This document shows, piece after piece, positions 11,795 to 21,991 of a stretch of 64,000 nucleotides of DNA. The stretch spans positions 256,001 through 320,000 of the forward strand of contig CAWJPJ010000007.1 in NCBI GenBank assembly GCA_963844715.1, written 5' to 3'. The notes below the pieces were generated by a model, which did no database searches, was not told where the DNA came from, and was given only the letters and a program-made list of their open reading frames with translations. Origin of the DNA: an uncultured Phycisphaerales bacterium. GTDB taxonomy: Bacteria > Planctomycetota > Phycisphaerae > Tepidisphaerales > Tepidisphaeraceae. Within the stretch, counting starts at the first letter, position 1. Every line of letters starts with the position of its first letter. Both the position numbers and the translations under genes were made by a program.

Positions 11795-12668
11795 ATGGCA
11801 CAGGTCGCCGATCCGCAGGATACATCTGCTTCCAATCCTGAGTCCTTGGGCAGCGCCGACGAGATGCTTTCGCAGCTTGCCGGCAGCGAGATCGACCGTC
11901 TCCTGGCCGAGGCGGATGTCGAATCGCCGCAGCCCAAATCCCAATCCTGCGCGAGTGGAGCCCGGCGCGACCAAATCCGCGCATTCCGTTTCCGATTTAC
12001 GCGAAGCCGCGGCTATCGAAAATGAATTGGGGTTGGACGAGGCGTCGCTGACGAGCCAGCTCGACGAGCTTTTCAATCAATTGCAGGATGAGACAGCGGC
12101 CAAGGTGGCCCAGATAGCCGAGAAGCCGGCGGCACCCCCGCCGGCGCCACCCGCGCTAGCGGAGGCGAAGGCAGCCGAACCGTCCCTCCCCGAGCCCGCC
12201 GCGGAAGCCGCCCCGACGGAAGGCGCCGAACGGGCGGCGCTGCTTGATGCCGCCGGATTTGAGGCTCCGGAAAAACCTGCGGAGGCAGAACTCGCGACAC
12301 CGGCTGCCGAAATTCAGCCTGCGACTGCACAAGAAGCCACTGTGGCTGCACCGGCGGCCCAGCCCGCTGCAACGACGCCCGTCTCGTCTCCGCGCGCAGT
12401 CGAGGCGTCGGCCGTTGCGCCTCCGGCGGCGCAAGATGCCGCGGACGCATCCGAGCGTTCAGCCGTCCTTTCCGCCGCTGGATTTGAGTCGATCGATACC
12501 CATTCGGAACCTGTGCCTGCCTGGATCAAGCCGCTGATATGGATCAACGCCCCGATGCGGCACTGCTCCCCCGCGGTTCGCCATGCCATGGGCCGGGCGG
12601 CCGTCGTGACTCTTATCAATTCAGTCCTGGTGCTCACCTACATCGCGTTCACCCATCGTCATCATTGA
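11795..12668 (+). CDS. Acidic Ala/Pro-rich protein with C-terminal membrane anchor; frameshift near 11945
   Basis: AAGGAG RBS before ATG 11795; joins ORF 11877..12668; C-terminal hydrophobic AVVTLINSVLVLTYIAF. Confidence 0.6.
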
Positions 12669-12806
12669 CGCACGGTTGTTCCCGCTCGATTGCAGGGTGT
12701 TAGCTGGTCGGACCGGGTTTTTGGCGTTCGCGGTCTTGGCCGCCATAAAGGGCGTCAATTAATCCAAATAGCCGATTTATTGGACGGCGTGAAAACCGGG
12801 TTTAGC

Positions 12807-12834
12807 TTGACAGCGTATCACCGGGGACTACGAT
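12807..12834 (+). promoter_or_regulatory. Sigma70-type promoter
   Basis: TTGACA (12807-12812), 16-nt spacer, TACGAT (12829-12834) upstream of the 12992 gene. Confidence 0.6.
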
Positions 12835-12991
12835 ATTTTGGTCAACCTGCGGAGACGGTTTTCGAGTGGTTTCGCCTCCGCTGCGGAGGCTGTAAAACAT
12901 CCACGAGAATGGGGTTGTCACGGTTAGCATCAGGATGGCGCCCCGCGAACACCCGATACAGATAAGCCCTTGCACTAATTAGGAGCCGACT

Positions 12992-13882
12992 TTGAGTCCC
13001 CTTACCAAAGTCTTTGTCGTGTTGCTGGTTCTGACCTCGATGCTGTCGACGGCCGGATTTGTGGTGTTTGTGCAGAACGTGAGGCCGCTGCAACAGCAAT
13101 TGGATTCCTCGCACGCCGAGCGTGACGCCGCGATGCAGGCGGCGAGCGTGGACCTCGCCGCCAAGGAGCAGGCCGAGGCCCAGCGCGACCAGGAAATTGC
13201 CGCCCACCAGTCCGATCGCACGCGCGACGCGGGCTCCCTGGCAGTCGTGCAGAGCAAGTTGAACGACTCGCAGGTGCAGATCGCCCAGCTCCAGGCGGAG
13301 AAGACCAACCTCCAGGCGACCGTCAATACCCTCAATAGCAATCTGTCCCTCACCGCGGCCACCTCGGATAAGCTTAATCAGCAAGTTTCCGATCTTCGCA
13401 CCAAGAATGACCAGCTCACCAAGGAATCCGACGACGACACCCGGCAGATTGCCGACCTGAACAGCCAGACCGAAACCCAAGGGGCGACTCTCGAACAGAC
13501 GCAGGAAAAGCTCCAAGCTGAACTCGAGCGCGATCAAAAGCTCAGCGGCTGGGTCAAGGACCATGGCGGCAGCCCGGACGACGTCGTCGCAGGTGGGGCC
13601 ACGGGCATCCAGGCGGGCGCTCCGGCGATTGCCGGTCGGGTGCTGGAAAAGACCAGCATCAACGGCGTGCCTTACGTGACGATCTCCGTAGGGAGCGCCG
13701 ACGGCGTGGCCCGCGCGATGCAGTTCTATGTCATCGATCCTTCCACCAGCCAATTCCTCGGAATCGTCACCATCGACACGGTCGACAGCAATAATTCCAT
13801 TGGCAAGCTCGATGGAGAGCCCGCGAAGTTAGACCAAATCCACGCGGGGGACGATGTTAAAACTCAACTGAGAGGTTCGTAA
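12992..13882 (+). CDS. Membrane-anchored long coiled-coil protein with C-terminal beta domain
   Basis: AGGAG RBS, TTG start; N-terminal TM, heptad-rich Q/L/N stretch, C-terminal VTISVGSADGV...IHAGDDV. Confidence 0.75.
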   Translation: MSPLTKVFVVLLVLTSMLSTAGFVVFVQNVRPLQQQLDSSHAERDAAMQAASVDLAAKEQAEAQRDQEIAAHQSDRTRDAGSLAVVQSKLNDSQVQIAQLQAEKTNLQATVNTLNSNLSLTAATSDKLNQQVSDLRTKNDQLTKESDDDTRQIADLNSQTETQGATLEQTQEKLQAELERDQKLSGWVKDHGGSPDDVVAGGATGIQAGAPAIAGRVLEKTSINGVPYVTISVGSADGVARAMQFYVIDPSTSQFLGIVTIDTVDSNNSIGKLDGEPAKLDQIHAGDDVKTQLRGS

Positions 13883-14046
13883 TGAGTCGCGCCGCCACCG
13901 GTGATCAGGTCATCGTTAAGCCCACCAACAACATTTACACGGTGCTGGCCATCGTCGGCACGCTGGTGAATCTCGGCGGGTTCCTGGTGATCCTGCTCCG
14001 CTACACGGCCGTTTTCGGGGACAAGGCCAGCCTGTTCCACAAGTAA
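13882..14046 (+). CDS. Small 54-aa single-TM protein (not in ORF track)
   Basis: TAATG overlap with the upstream stop; reads MSRAATGDQVIVKPTNNIYTVLAIVGTLVNLGGFLVILLRYTAVFGDKASLFHK*. Confidence 0.75.
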   Translation: MSRAATGDQVIVKPTNNIYTVLAIVGTLVNLGGFLVILLRYTAVFGDKASLFHK

Positions 14047-14074
14047 GGGCTGTCGTTGATCTTGTCTGGTTCGC

Positions 14075-14713
14075 ATGCCGTTTCGACTCCAAGCTCGAGT
14101 CCCGTTCTGGAGCGCTAGCCCCCGCACATTTCAATTCCTCGATCCCGGCAAACTCGTCGATAACGAACTGGAACTGATCCCGCCCGACCGGCAATATATC
14201 GACGACATCCTCGCCGCCGCCAAGCATCCCACCACGATTCAAAACAGCCCCGAACTGGCGGAGATTTCCCGGCAGCAGATTTTGGATTTCCTTTCGCTCT
14301 GCCCCGGCGGGAAACAGCCGGGCGATTCCGGCAGCGGGATGTCCCCCTGCTATCACTTCTGGATGCAGCGGAACGATATGCCCGAATTCCCCATCGTCGG
14401 CGCCATCTCGCTGCGCATCGGCAATTCGTACGATACGGTCATGTACTACGGGCACATCGGGTATCACGTCTATCCGATGTCGCGAGGGAGACGGTTGGCG
14501 CTCCGCGCGACCAAACTGCTTCTCCCGCTGGCGGCCCGTCACGGGATTAATCCGATCTGGATCACATGCAACCCGGACAACGCCGCGTCGCGCCGAACCT
14601 GCCAACTTTTCGGCGCGCAATTCGTCGAGCTTGTTCCGGTGCCGATGGAATACCCCCTCTACCAACGCGGCGACCGCGAAAAATGCCGGTACCGCGTCGA
14701 TCTCCCCGGATAA
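14075..14713 (+). CDS. GNAT-family N-acetyltransferase
   Basis: VGAISLRIG, GHIGYHVYPMSRGRRLA, WITCNPDNAASRRT. Confidence 0.85.
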   Translation: MPFRLQARVPFWSASPRTFQFLDPGKLVDNELELIPPDRQYIDDILAAAKHPTTIQNSPELAEISRQQILDFLSLCPGGKQPGDSGSGMSPCYHFWMQRNDMPEFPIVGAISLRIGNSYDTVMYYGHIGYHVYPMSRGRRLALRATKLLLPLAARHGINPIWITCNPDNAASRRTCQLFGAQFVELVPVPMEYPLYQRGDREKCRYRVDLPG

Positions 14714-14716
14714 GAA

Positions 14717-14920
14717 TTATTCCGCCGAGGTTTCGTCCGCGTGGCGCTGCTCGGCTTCCCAGCGAACCAGATCATCCAGCGGAATCTCGAGTAAACCCGA
14801 GATTTCCTCGGCGTCGTAATATTCCGCTTCCGGGCCATCCACCAGGGCGTAAAGCCCCGCACCCAGATCGTACTGATAACCCGCATCCGTCAAGAGGCTT
14901 TCGATTTCCCGATCGTTCAT
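14717..14920 (-). CDS. Small acidic hypothetical protein (67 aa)
   Basis: AGGAGG RBS just upstream of ATG; fills the gap between the GNAT gene and ribBA. Confidence 0.65.
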   Translation of the reverse strand: MNDREIESLLTDAGYQYDLGAGLYALVDGPEAEYYDAEEISGLLEIPLDDLVRWEAEQRHADETSAE

Positions 14921-14969
14921 GGGGCCTCCTGTTTTGTCTCATTATATCGGCGGCCCTACAATTACCGTC

Positions 14970-16201
14970 ATGGCATTTAGCCCGATTCCTGAAATTATCG
15001 AGGAACTCAAGGCCGGGAAAATGGTCGTCCTGGTCGACGACGAAGACCGGGAAAACGAGGGGGACCTCGTCCTCCCAGCCGAGAAGATCACTCCCGCGGC
15101 GATCAATTTCATGGAGACCCATGCCCGCGGGCTCATCTGCCTCTCCCTCGACGGCCAGCGCTGCGAGCGCCTGGGCCTGCACTGCGCAATCGGACCGAAA
15201 CACCGCGAGGCTCGGAACGGCTTTCACCGTAACCATCGACGCCCATCCACGCTTCGGCGTGACCACGGGCATGTCGGCAAAGGATCGGTCCACGACCATT
15301 CAAGTTGCCATGGCGGAAGACGCGCAGCCTCAAGACCTGCTTCGCCCCGGGCATATCAGCCCGCTGCGCGCGCGGGACGGCGGGGTGCTCGTCCGCGCCG
15401 GGCAAACCGAGGGCTCCGTCGATCTGGCGCGAATGGCCGGATTCAAACCCGCGGCGGTCATCTGCGAAATCAAACGCGAAGACGGAGAGATGGCGCGGCG
15501 GCCGGAACTGGAAGAATATTCCGCGCGGTTCGGCTTAAAGATGTGCACGATCGCCGACTTGATCAGCTACCGCCTGAAGCGCGAGCAATTTGTCCGGCGG
15601 ATTGAAACCGTCGCGCTCCCCACGCGCTGCGGGCGACTTCACGCTCCACGCCTATCAGAGCGCCGTCGAATCCCAGCCGCACCTGGCCCTCTGCAAGGGA
15701 GGCGTCGGCGATCTGGACTCCGAGGGAAAGGCGATCATTCAAGATGAACCGATTCTGGTTCGCGTCCACAGCGAATGCCTCACCGGCGACGTCTTCGGCA
15801 GCCAGCGGTGCGATTGCGGCCCCCAACTCGGCGCCGCGATGACCATGATCGAATTGGCCGGCAAAGGCGTCCTGGTCTATCTCCGCCAGGAAGGGCGCGG
15901 CATCGGGCTGACCAACAAACTTCACGCCTACGCCCTTCAGGAAAAAGGGCTGGATACCGTCGAGGCCAACCAGCGCCTCGGCCTACCCGTCGACAAACGA
16001 GACTACGGAATCGGCAGCCAAATCCTGCGCGACCTGGGCCTCCGGCAAATCCGAATTCTGACCAACAACCCCAAGAAAATTTACGGCCTGGAAGGCTTCG
16101 GCCTCAGCATCGTCGAGCAAATCCCCATCCGCATTGAGCCGGATGAGCACAATCGCGCCTATTTGCAAACGAAGAAAGCCAAAATGGGACACAAGCTGTA
16201 A
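14970..16201 (+). CDS. ribBA: Bifunctional DHBP synthase / GTP cyclohydrolase II; frameshifts near 15183 and 15630
   Basis: [68 protein letters not shown]. Confidence 0.93.
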
Positions 16202-16202
16202 G

Positions 16203-16268
16203 AAATGCTGATTGCCGAATGCTGAGTGATGAATTGAATTCAGCATTCATCATTCATCAATCATCATT
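16203..16268. repeat. Inverted array of degenerate 7-mers between convergent genes
   Basis: AATGCTG/ATTGCCG/AATGCTG/AGTGATG followed by ATTCAGC/ATTCATC/ATTCATC/AATCATC. Confidence 0.6.
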
Positions 16269-18611
16269 CCAGTTGATACTTCATCTCGACTTGCGGGCCG
16301 ACGATTCTCACGGTCATATCGCCCGCGATGCTCGCAAAACTTGGATCCGCCGTTGCGCTTCCCCACGCCATCGCAAACTGTTCGAGTTGCGTATCGGCGT
16401 GCATCTTTTCGCTGACGCCCAGGACCACTTCGTTTGCTTTTAAATCGCGGGCCGCGGTGGCGATCGCATAGAGAGGATTGTTCGTCGGCAGTACCACGGG
16501 ATAAACCTGCTTCCCGATGCGCTCGGCGACAGTCACGATTCTTGTCAGCAGTTCGCGGTCTTCGGTATCGACGGTTGTTTCGTGGTCGGTCACGCCCGCC
16601 GTGCGCGCGGGGAGCACTTTGCACGTCACGACGACCACATCGCGTTTGTCGGTATCGGTCTCCTGCAAAATCTTCTCCAGCACCGGCAAGCTTCGCGGCC
16701 CGCGCACGGCGACCAGCACCGGCTTGGCGTGCTTCAGACCCAGCGAATCGATCGTCACCTCGTCGCTGCTGCGTTCGTTGAACTGTTCGAGGTGCTCATG
16801 TTTGCCGCCATGGCGGCGATGTGAGAACTGCTCGACGATGATGAATGCGAGCAAAAAACCGACCGTGAAAGCGACGCCCCAGATCGTGGCGGTCTTCTTC
16901 GTCGCCAGATTGATCAGAGCGGTTGAGGCGAGGATCAGGAAAACGGTCAGGATTCCGATCGGCAGATCGATGCGCTTTCCCTTGATTTTCAGGGGGATAT
17001 TAAGCGGCACCTCGTATTGACGGGGCGAGCGATCCTTGAAGCGCAGGACCGTCATGGACATGGTCATGAAGACGAACGACCAGATGACGCCGAACGCGTA
17101 CGCCTCGCCGAGCGTGTCCACGTCCCCCATGCTGGCGATGATCACCACGAATTGCATGATCGCGATCAGGTTGATGAGACGATGCGTCGTGCCAAATCTC
17201 TTGTGCGGATGCTGAAACCAGGGGGTCAGCACGCCGTCCTCGGCCAGGCGATTCAGCACGCCGTTTGACCCGACGATGCTCGTATTGACGGCGCCGGCGA
17301 GGATGAGGAACCCGACGACCACCACGAAACATTCCATGAAGATCTTGATCCAGGCGGGCCCGGAAAGATATTGAACCAGTCCGTTAATGAGGTTGTCGCG
17401 ATAACCGCCGTTGTCGCGTTCGACGTGGTGATGGGAGTCGACGAGAATGACTTTGTTCGTCAACTGGAGTTGTTCATCTCCGGTTCGGTCGGTCCAGCGG
17501 TGGAGCTGATAACCCCAGTTGTCGGGATGCGTCGCGTCCGGCCCGCGAAGATAATCGACCTCCACCCAAGCCTTTCCGCGATTGTCGTCGCGCACCTCGA
17601 CGCCGTTCTTAACGATCTGGGTCATGACGCGCTTGCCGTCGGGGATAATGAAGATCGCCAGGAAGCTGATCAGGCTGGTCAGCAGCATCGAATAGAGGAA
17701 AATCACGAACCCGGCCGCGCATGAGATTTTTAAGCTTCGGCGCTTCGATCTCGCGATTGACCTGAGCGAGCGATTCTTCGCCGCTCATGGCCAGAAGGGT
17801 GTGGCCGAATGCGATCAAAATGCCCAGCGACCCGACAATGCGCGGGAAGTTTTCAAGCCATCCCTTGCTCGATTCATTTCCTCCCCCGGCCGACGAATCC
17901 GTGAAAACCGGATGCAGCGGCGGGGCATGAATCGGCTGCCCGCGAAGAATCAGCGTTAGCGCGCTCCACGCGATGATCAGAATTCCCATCACGGTCGTAA
18001 GCTGCATGATTCGCAGCGCCTTATCGCTGGATTCATGCATGCCGATGATGTTGACCCGCCAGAAATAAACGGTGATGCCCATCGCCAGGGCCACGGTGAG
18101 AAGATTGGTGAACCGCTGCACCGCGATCGACCCGACCACGATCGGCGGATGCCCATAGTGGTGCAGAACGAGGTTCATCATGTCGATGAAGAGCCCGACG
18201 ATATACTGCCCGGCGGAAACGGCGCTGATGGGTCCCGTGAGCACATAATCGAACATCAAGGCGCTGAACGGAGAGCTTCGCCAGATTCCCGCCGATGGCC
18301 CCTTTGACGACCTTGTACACGCCCCCGCGCGTGAACATGGTGCAGCTTTCGACGTAGACGGCGCGGACGGCATAGCTGAAGAGCATGACGCCGAAGATGA
18401 ACCACGGCGCCGCCTTACCGATGGCTTGTTCGCTGATGCCGCCGATGTAATAGGCGGTGCTCGCCAGGTCGCATAGGACGATCGCCGCGGCGCGCCAAAA
18501 GCTGATAAACGCCAGCGCGACGCTGCTGACAACCAGAACATTAACCCGCCGCCTTTGTGCCGGGTCGGGTAACTGCGCAACGTCAAAGCCGCTTGTTGGA
18601 ACAGAAGTCAT
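16264..18611 (-). CDS. APC-superfamily transporter, KimA(YdaO)-like K+ transporter with C-terminal cytoplasmic domain; frameshifts near 18268 and 17720
   Basis: DLASTAYY, GGVYKVVK...ALMFDYVLT..IS, MSGEESL and YAFGV resemble the B. subtilis KimA D36/Y43, D117/S125, E233 and Y377 regions; lies downstream of a c-di-AMP riboswitch. Confidence 0.75.
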
Positions 18612-18750
18612 ATAACAGGCCACTCCGCCGGCGCAAGCGAGCGCCGGAAGCTGTTTATGAACGGTTGAGTTGGTTCAAAGGGGGAAGGCTTCAGTGGTTT
18701 GGCGTGCCGAAGTTGGCCGCTGATCCATTAAGAAGCGTTGCATCCCTTTC

Positions 18751-18983
18751 ACATGCCGACGAGGTTAGCTGACGGGCTGGACGCTGAAAGTCGTCCTCGG
18801 CCAAACGGCGCCGATTCGCCCCTGCCCTTCCAATGGGTTGACCCGGCCGCATATTCCGGAGCATCCGAACCATTCGGAGCCGCCGCTGGCCACCGGGCCT
18901 ATCCACCTGGAAAAGCTGTTCGGGACACTCGTCCCGACATGGGTTCCCCGCGTCCGAAGGTTGCCCTTCAGGACTTAGGCGTT
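18751..18983 (-). promoter_or_regulatory. Cyclic di-AMP riboswitch (ydaO/yuaA class) with large internal insertion
   Basis: Minus strand reads GCCUAAGUCC-UGAAGGGCAACCUUC-GGACGCGGGGAACCCA...GGGGCGAAUC...GAGGACGACUUUC...AGCCCGUCAGCUAACCUCGUCGGC, the conserved ydaO blocks in the correct order. Confidence 0.88.
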
Positions 18984-19021
18984 TTTGCAGTGGGCAAAGG
19001 ATAGAACCGAAGTCCGGTAAG

Positions 19022-20485
19022 TCAAGAAGACCCCGACCCCACCAAAGCCGCCGTCAAGACGATTGTGAGACATAACCCCATGATCAGACCGAGGTAAAGC
19101 AATTTCATAAATCGGTCGAAGCTCGCTGTCCCCTGCGGATCATGCCCCAACTCGGCCAGAAATCGCATCCGCCGCTGGATGCTTCCATGAGACCAGCTTG
19201 CCGCGGCGACGGGGATGTGATTGACGGCCGCGACCCGGCGCAAAGCCGCGCAAAATACTTCCGCCCCCTGCTCTCCCACGCTTGAAGGAGCAACCGCCTG
19301 GGGAACGTGAATGCCCTGCACTGTGCGGGCCGCGAATACATCCGCCTGCCTCTCAAACTTCCGGCTGATATACCCAAACACGGCGGCAAAGATCGCCAGC
19401 CCCAGTGCGCCCCAAACGGCCCACTGCACGGTCTCCGGAAGATGCGGCAGCCGATGAGAGAGGCGATAGGCCACCTCCACCCCCGGACCCGAAAGCAGAA
19501 ACACCAGCCCCATGCCCGTCGCGGCCAGCCAGATTAGATGCCGATGCACGACATGCCCCAACTCATGGGCGAAGACCGCCTCGATCTGTTCATCCGTCAT
19601 CGTCTCGACGAGCAGGTCGCTGAGGAGCACATAGCGCGTCTGCCGCACAAAACCCATTACGGCGGCGTTGCCCATCTGGTAACTGGTGCGCCAAAGAAGC
19701 ACGTCTTTAAAGGCGATTCGATATTTTGCTCCGATGGCTTCGAGCCGCCTGCGCAGGGGAGAATCCGCCATGCGCTCCGTTTGTAATACCCGGCGAAGGA
19801 TTTCCGGAGCCAGAATCGCAATCGCGACGGCGGCGGGGATCGACGCTGCGGCGTCGATCGCCGAGGGATGAATCGATATCGACTGCCACCGGCTTAGGAT
19901 CGGGTTGATCGCCAGCCAGCATAAATCGTGAAGCACGACGAGGGCGCCCGCCGGGGCAAGCGTAAAGAGAATCCCCATTCTCAATTTGGCGAAAAAATAG
20001 GGCCAAAATTGCGGCGTCGGAGCGAAGGGCAAGTCCTCGTTGAGCTGCACCAGAATGCTCTGCTCGCGCAGGGACTGATCGACTGGAAACTGCGCCCAGA
20101 TCAACCCCATCAACGCCGCCATGGGCGGGAGAGACCCAATCAAAATGCCCGGCGTGTAGATCGCATCGCCGTCCAGATGAACCGGCGCCAGCCAGCCCTC
20201 GACCAGTCCCTTCCATCCGAAGACGAACAAGCTCGTCGCAAACCACGCAGGAATCGCCGCGCGGGCCAGGAGGGTGATCCAGGTGTAGCGCGCCATCCGT
20301 TTTTGCAAATCGCGGATTGGAACATTGCGCAGAAGGCGGCTCCAAATCGCAACGGAAAGGACGATCGCCCCGAACCCGACGACCATCACGGCCGCGCCGG
20401 CGGCGGGACTGAGATCGCCCGCCGGCGGCGACACTGGCGCAGAAAGCCAGATGGCGAAAACGACTAGCAACGCGATTTGCAGCAT
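19022..20485 (-). CDS. M48 (Ste24/HtpX-like) membrane zinc metallopeptidase
   Basis: Multiple TMs, NAAVMG, AHELGH (HExxH), FERQAD, SHGSI. Confidence 0.88.
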   Translation of the reverse strand: MLQIALLVVFAIWLSAPVSPPAGDLSPAAGAAVMVVGFGAIVLSVAIWSRLLRNVPIRDLQKRMARYTWITLLARAAIPAWFATSLFVFGWKGLVEGWLAPVHLDGDAIYTPGILIGSLPPMAALMGLIWAQFPVDQSLREQSILVQLNEDLPFAPTPQFWPYFFAKLRMGILFTLAPAGALVVLHDLCWLAINPILSRWQSISIHPSAIDAAASIPAAVAIAILAPEILRRVLQTERMADSPLRRRLEAIGAKYRIAFKDVLLWRTSYQMGNAAVMGFVRQTRYVLLSDLLVETMTDEQIEAVFAHELGHVVHRHLIWLAATGMGLVFLLSGPGVEVAYRLSHRLPHLPETVQWAVWGALGLAIFAAVFGYISRKFERQADVFAARTVQGIHVPQAVAPSSVGEQGAEVFCAALRRVAAVNHIPVAAASWSHGSIQRRMRFLAELGHDPQGTASFDRFMKLLYLGLIMGLCLTIVLTAALVGSGSS

Positions 20486-20505
20486 GTGAATCTTATTCTA
20501 GGAAC

Positions 20506-21375
20506 TTATTCGTCCTGCTGCTGTGATTGATCGGCCATGGCATATTGGTGCAGGCTCCAGCCCGCCGCCACGCCCACGGCGAGGATGACTGGCAGAAGCC
20601 GGACGGCCAGCCGCCATCCGGGACGCAATCTAGCCGCCGCCGGGAGATCGCCTCCCAGCGCCAACATCGGCGAAATCAGCAAAACTCCCACGATAATTTG
20701 TTGCGAGCCAGTGAGCGTGTCGCTCGTATAAAAATACCCGTGGACCAGGAGCGCCAGAAGCGTAAGCCCCACGGCGGCGGCGCCCCCGCGATCAAGCGAG
20801 ATTCGGCTTCGAAAAAGGGCGGCCAGGGCGGCCGCGGCGCAGATCGCCGCGATTCCAGCCGCGACGGTGGCACTGCCCACGATGTGCCAACTGGTCAGAA
20901 TTGCCGCCGATCCGATGGAAAGAATCAGCAGAAGCAGCGGCGCCAATAAGCCGGGCGACGACTCGGATACTTTTTCCAGGGTCCACCACCACGCCAGCGC
21001 GGCCAGCGAGAGGAAATCCATCCACTCCTCCGGCAGTGTCAGCGTCGCGGGGATCAGCGGCCAAAGCATCAGGCGGATCGCCATTCTCCAGATGAAGAGC
21101 AGAAAAAGCGCCCGCATCCAAAACGGGGGGCGAAGGATGGCGTCCAGCGCGCCCAGTACTCCCAGCGCGACGGCGAGCCAGAAGACCCATTCGATGACGT
21201 CGCCCGTTCCTGGAAGATGGGGCCGGGCCCGCAAACTCCAGAACGCCGTTCCCACCGCCGCCCCGAATACCGGGGCGATGATCCATCTTCGATTATGTCC
21301 CGCGATCGCCAGGACGATTGCCGTGAATAAGACGGGCAATACGAATCCCAGCACGATCGTCGAAATCGCCGGCAT
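20506..21375 (-). CDS. Polytopic membrane protein, unknown function
   Basis: About 9 hydrophobic segments; co-oriented between the yceI-like and M48 genes. Confidence 0.65.
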   Translation of the reverse strand: MPAISTIVLGFVLPVLFTAIVLAIAGHNRRWIIAPVFGAAVGTAFWSLRARPHLPGTGDVIEWVFWLAVALGVLGALDAILRPPFWMRALFLLFIWRMAIRLMLWPLIPATLTLPEEWMDFLSLAALAWWWTLEKVSESSPGLLAPLLLLILSIGSAAILTSWHIVGSATVAAGIAAICAAAALAALFRSRISLDRGGAAAVGLTLLALLVHGYFYTSDTLTGSQQIIVGVLLISPMLALGGDLPAAARLRPGWRLAVRLLPVILAVGVAAGWSLHQYAMADQSQQQDE

Positions 21376-21387
21376 CGAATAGGCCGC

Positions 21388-21975
21388 TTATTGCTTGATC
21401 GCTTCGATCGCGACGGTGATGCGAACCTCATTCCCAATCGCCGGCGGCGGATCATAGGTAATTCCGAAATCGGTACGATCGATCGTGAACGTCGTTTCAA
21501 ATCCGGAGCGGGTTTCGCCTTTCATTCCTTTACCACTGCCGGTCATGTCCATCTCGACGGTGATCGACTTGGTGACGCCATGGCAAGTGAGATCGCCGGT
21601 AACTTCCAGCGAAGTATCGCTCGCCTTTTTCACGGATGTGCTCTTGAACGTAAGCGTGGGGAATTGCTTGACGTCGAAAAAGTCCGGGCCTTTGAGATCA
21701 TTGTTCCGATTCTTGTTGCGCGTATCCAGCGAATCCGCCTGGACCGTCAGGTCGAAGGAATCTTTGCTCGGGTCGGCGTCATCCTGAACGACCGTCCCCG
21801 TGGGTCCGAGGAATGTGCCATAGACATATCCGGCCCCGAAATGATGCACTCGGAAGATGACGAACGAGTGCACCGGGTCGGTTTGATAATCGTCTGCCCG
21901 CGCCACGGCTGCGAGGGCGGGGATGAAACCGAGCGACAAAATCAACGTACCGACGATTCCTGATAAACGCTTCAT
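21388..21975 (-). CDS. YceI-family secreted lipid/polyisoprenoid-binding protein
   Basis: Signal peptide, DPVHS..F.V.H, RNNDLKGPDFFDVKQFP, GDLT.HGVTK, IDRTDFG; AGGAG RBS. Confidence 0.9.
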   Translation of the reverse strand: MKRLSGIVGTLILSLGFIPALAAVARADDYQTDPVHSFVIFRVHHFGAGYVYGTFLGPTGTVVQDDADPSKDSFDLTVQADSLDTRNKNRNNDLKGPDFFDVKQFPTLTFKSTSVKKASDTSLEVTGDLTCHGVTKSITVEMDMTGSGKGMKGETRSGFETTFTIDRTDFGITYDPPPAIGNEVRITVAIEAIKQ

Positions 21976-21991
21976 CGTTGGCTCCTTTTTG

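Noticed and set aside
16203..16268. CRISPR array
   Set aside because: Units are 7 bp with no unique spacers; no cas genes and no 23-47 bp direct repeats were noticed.
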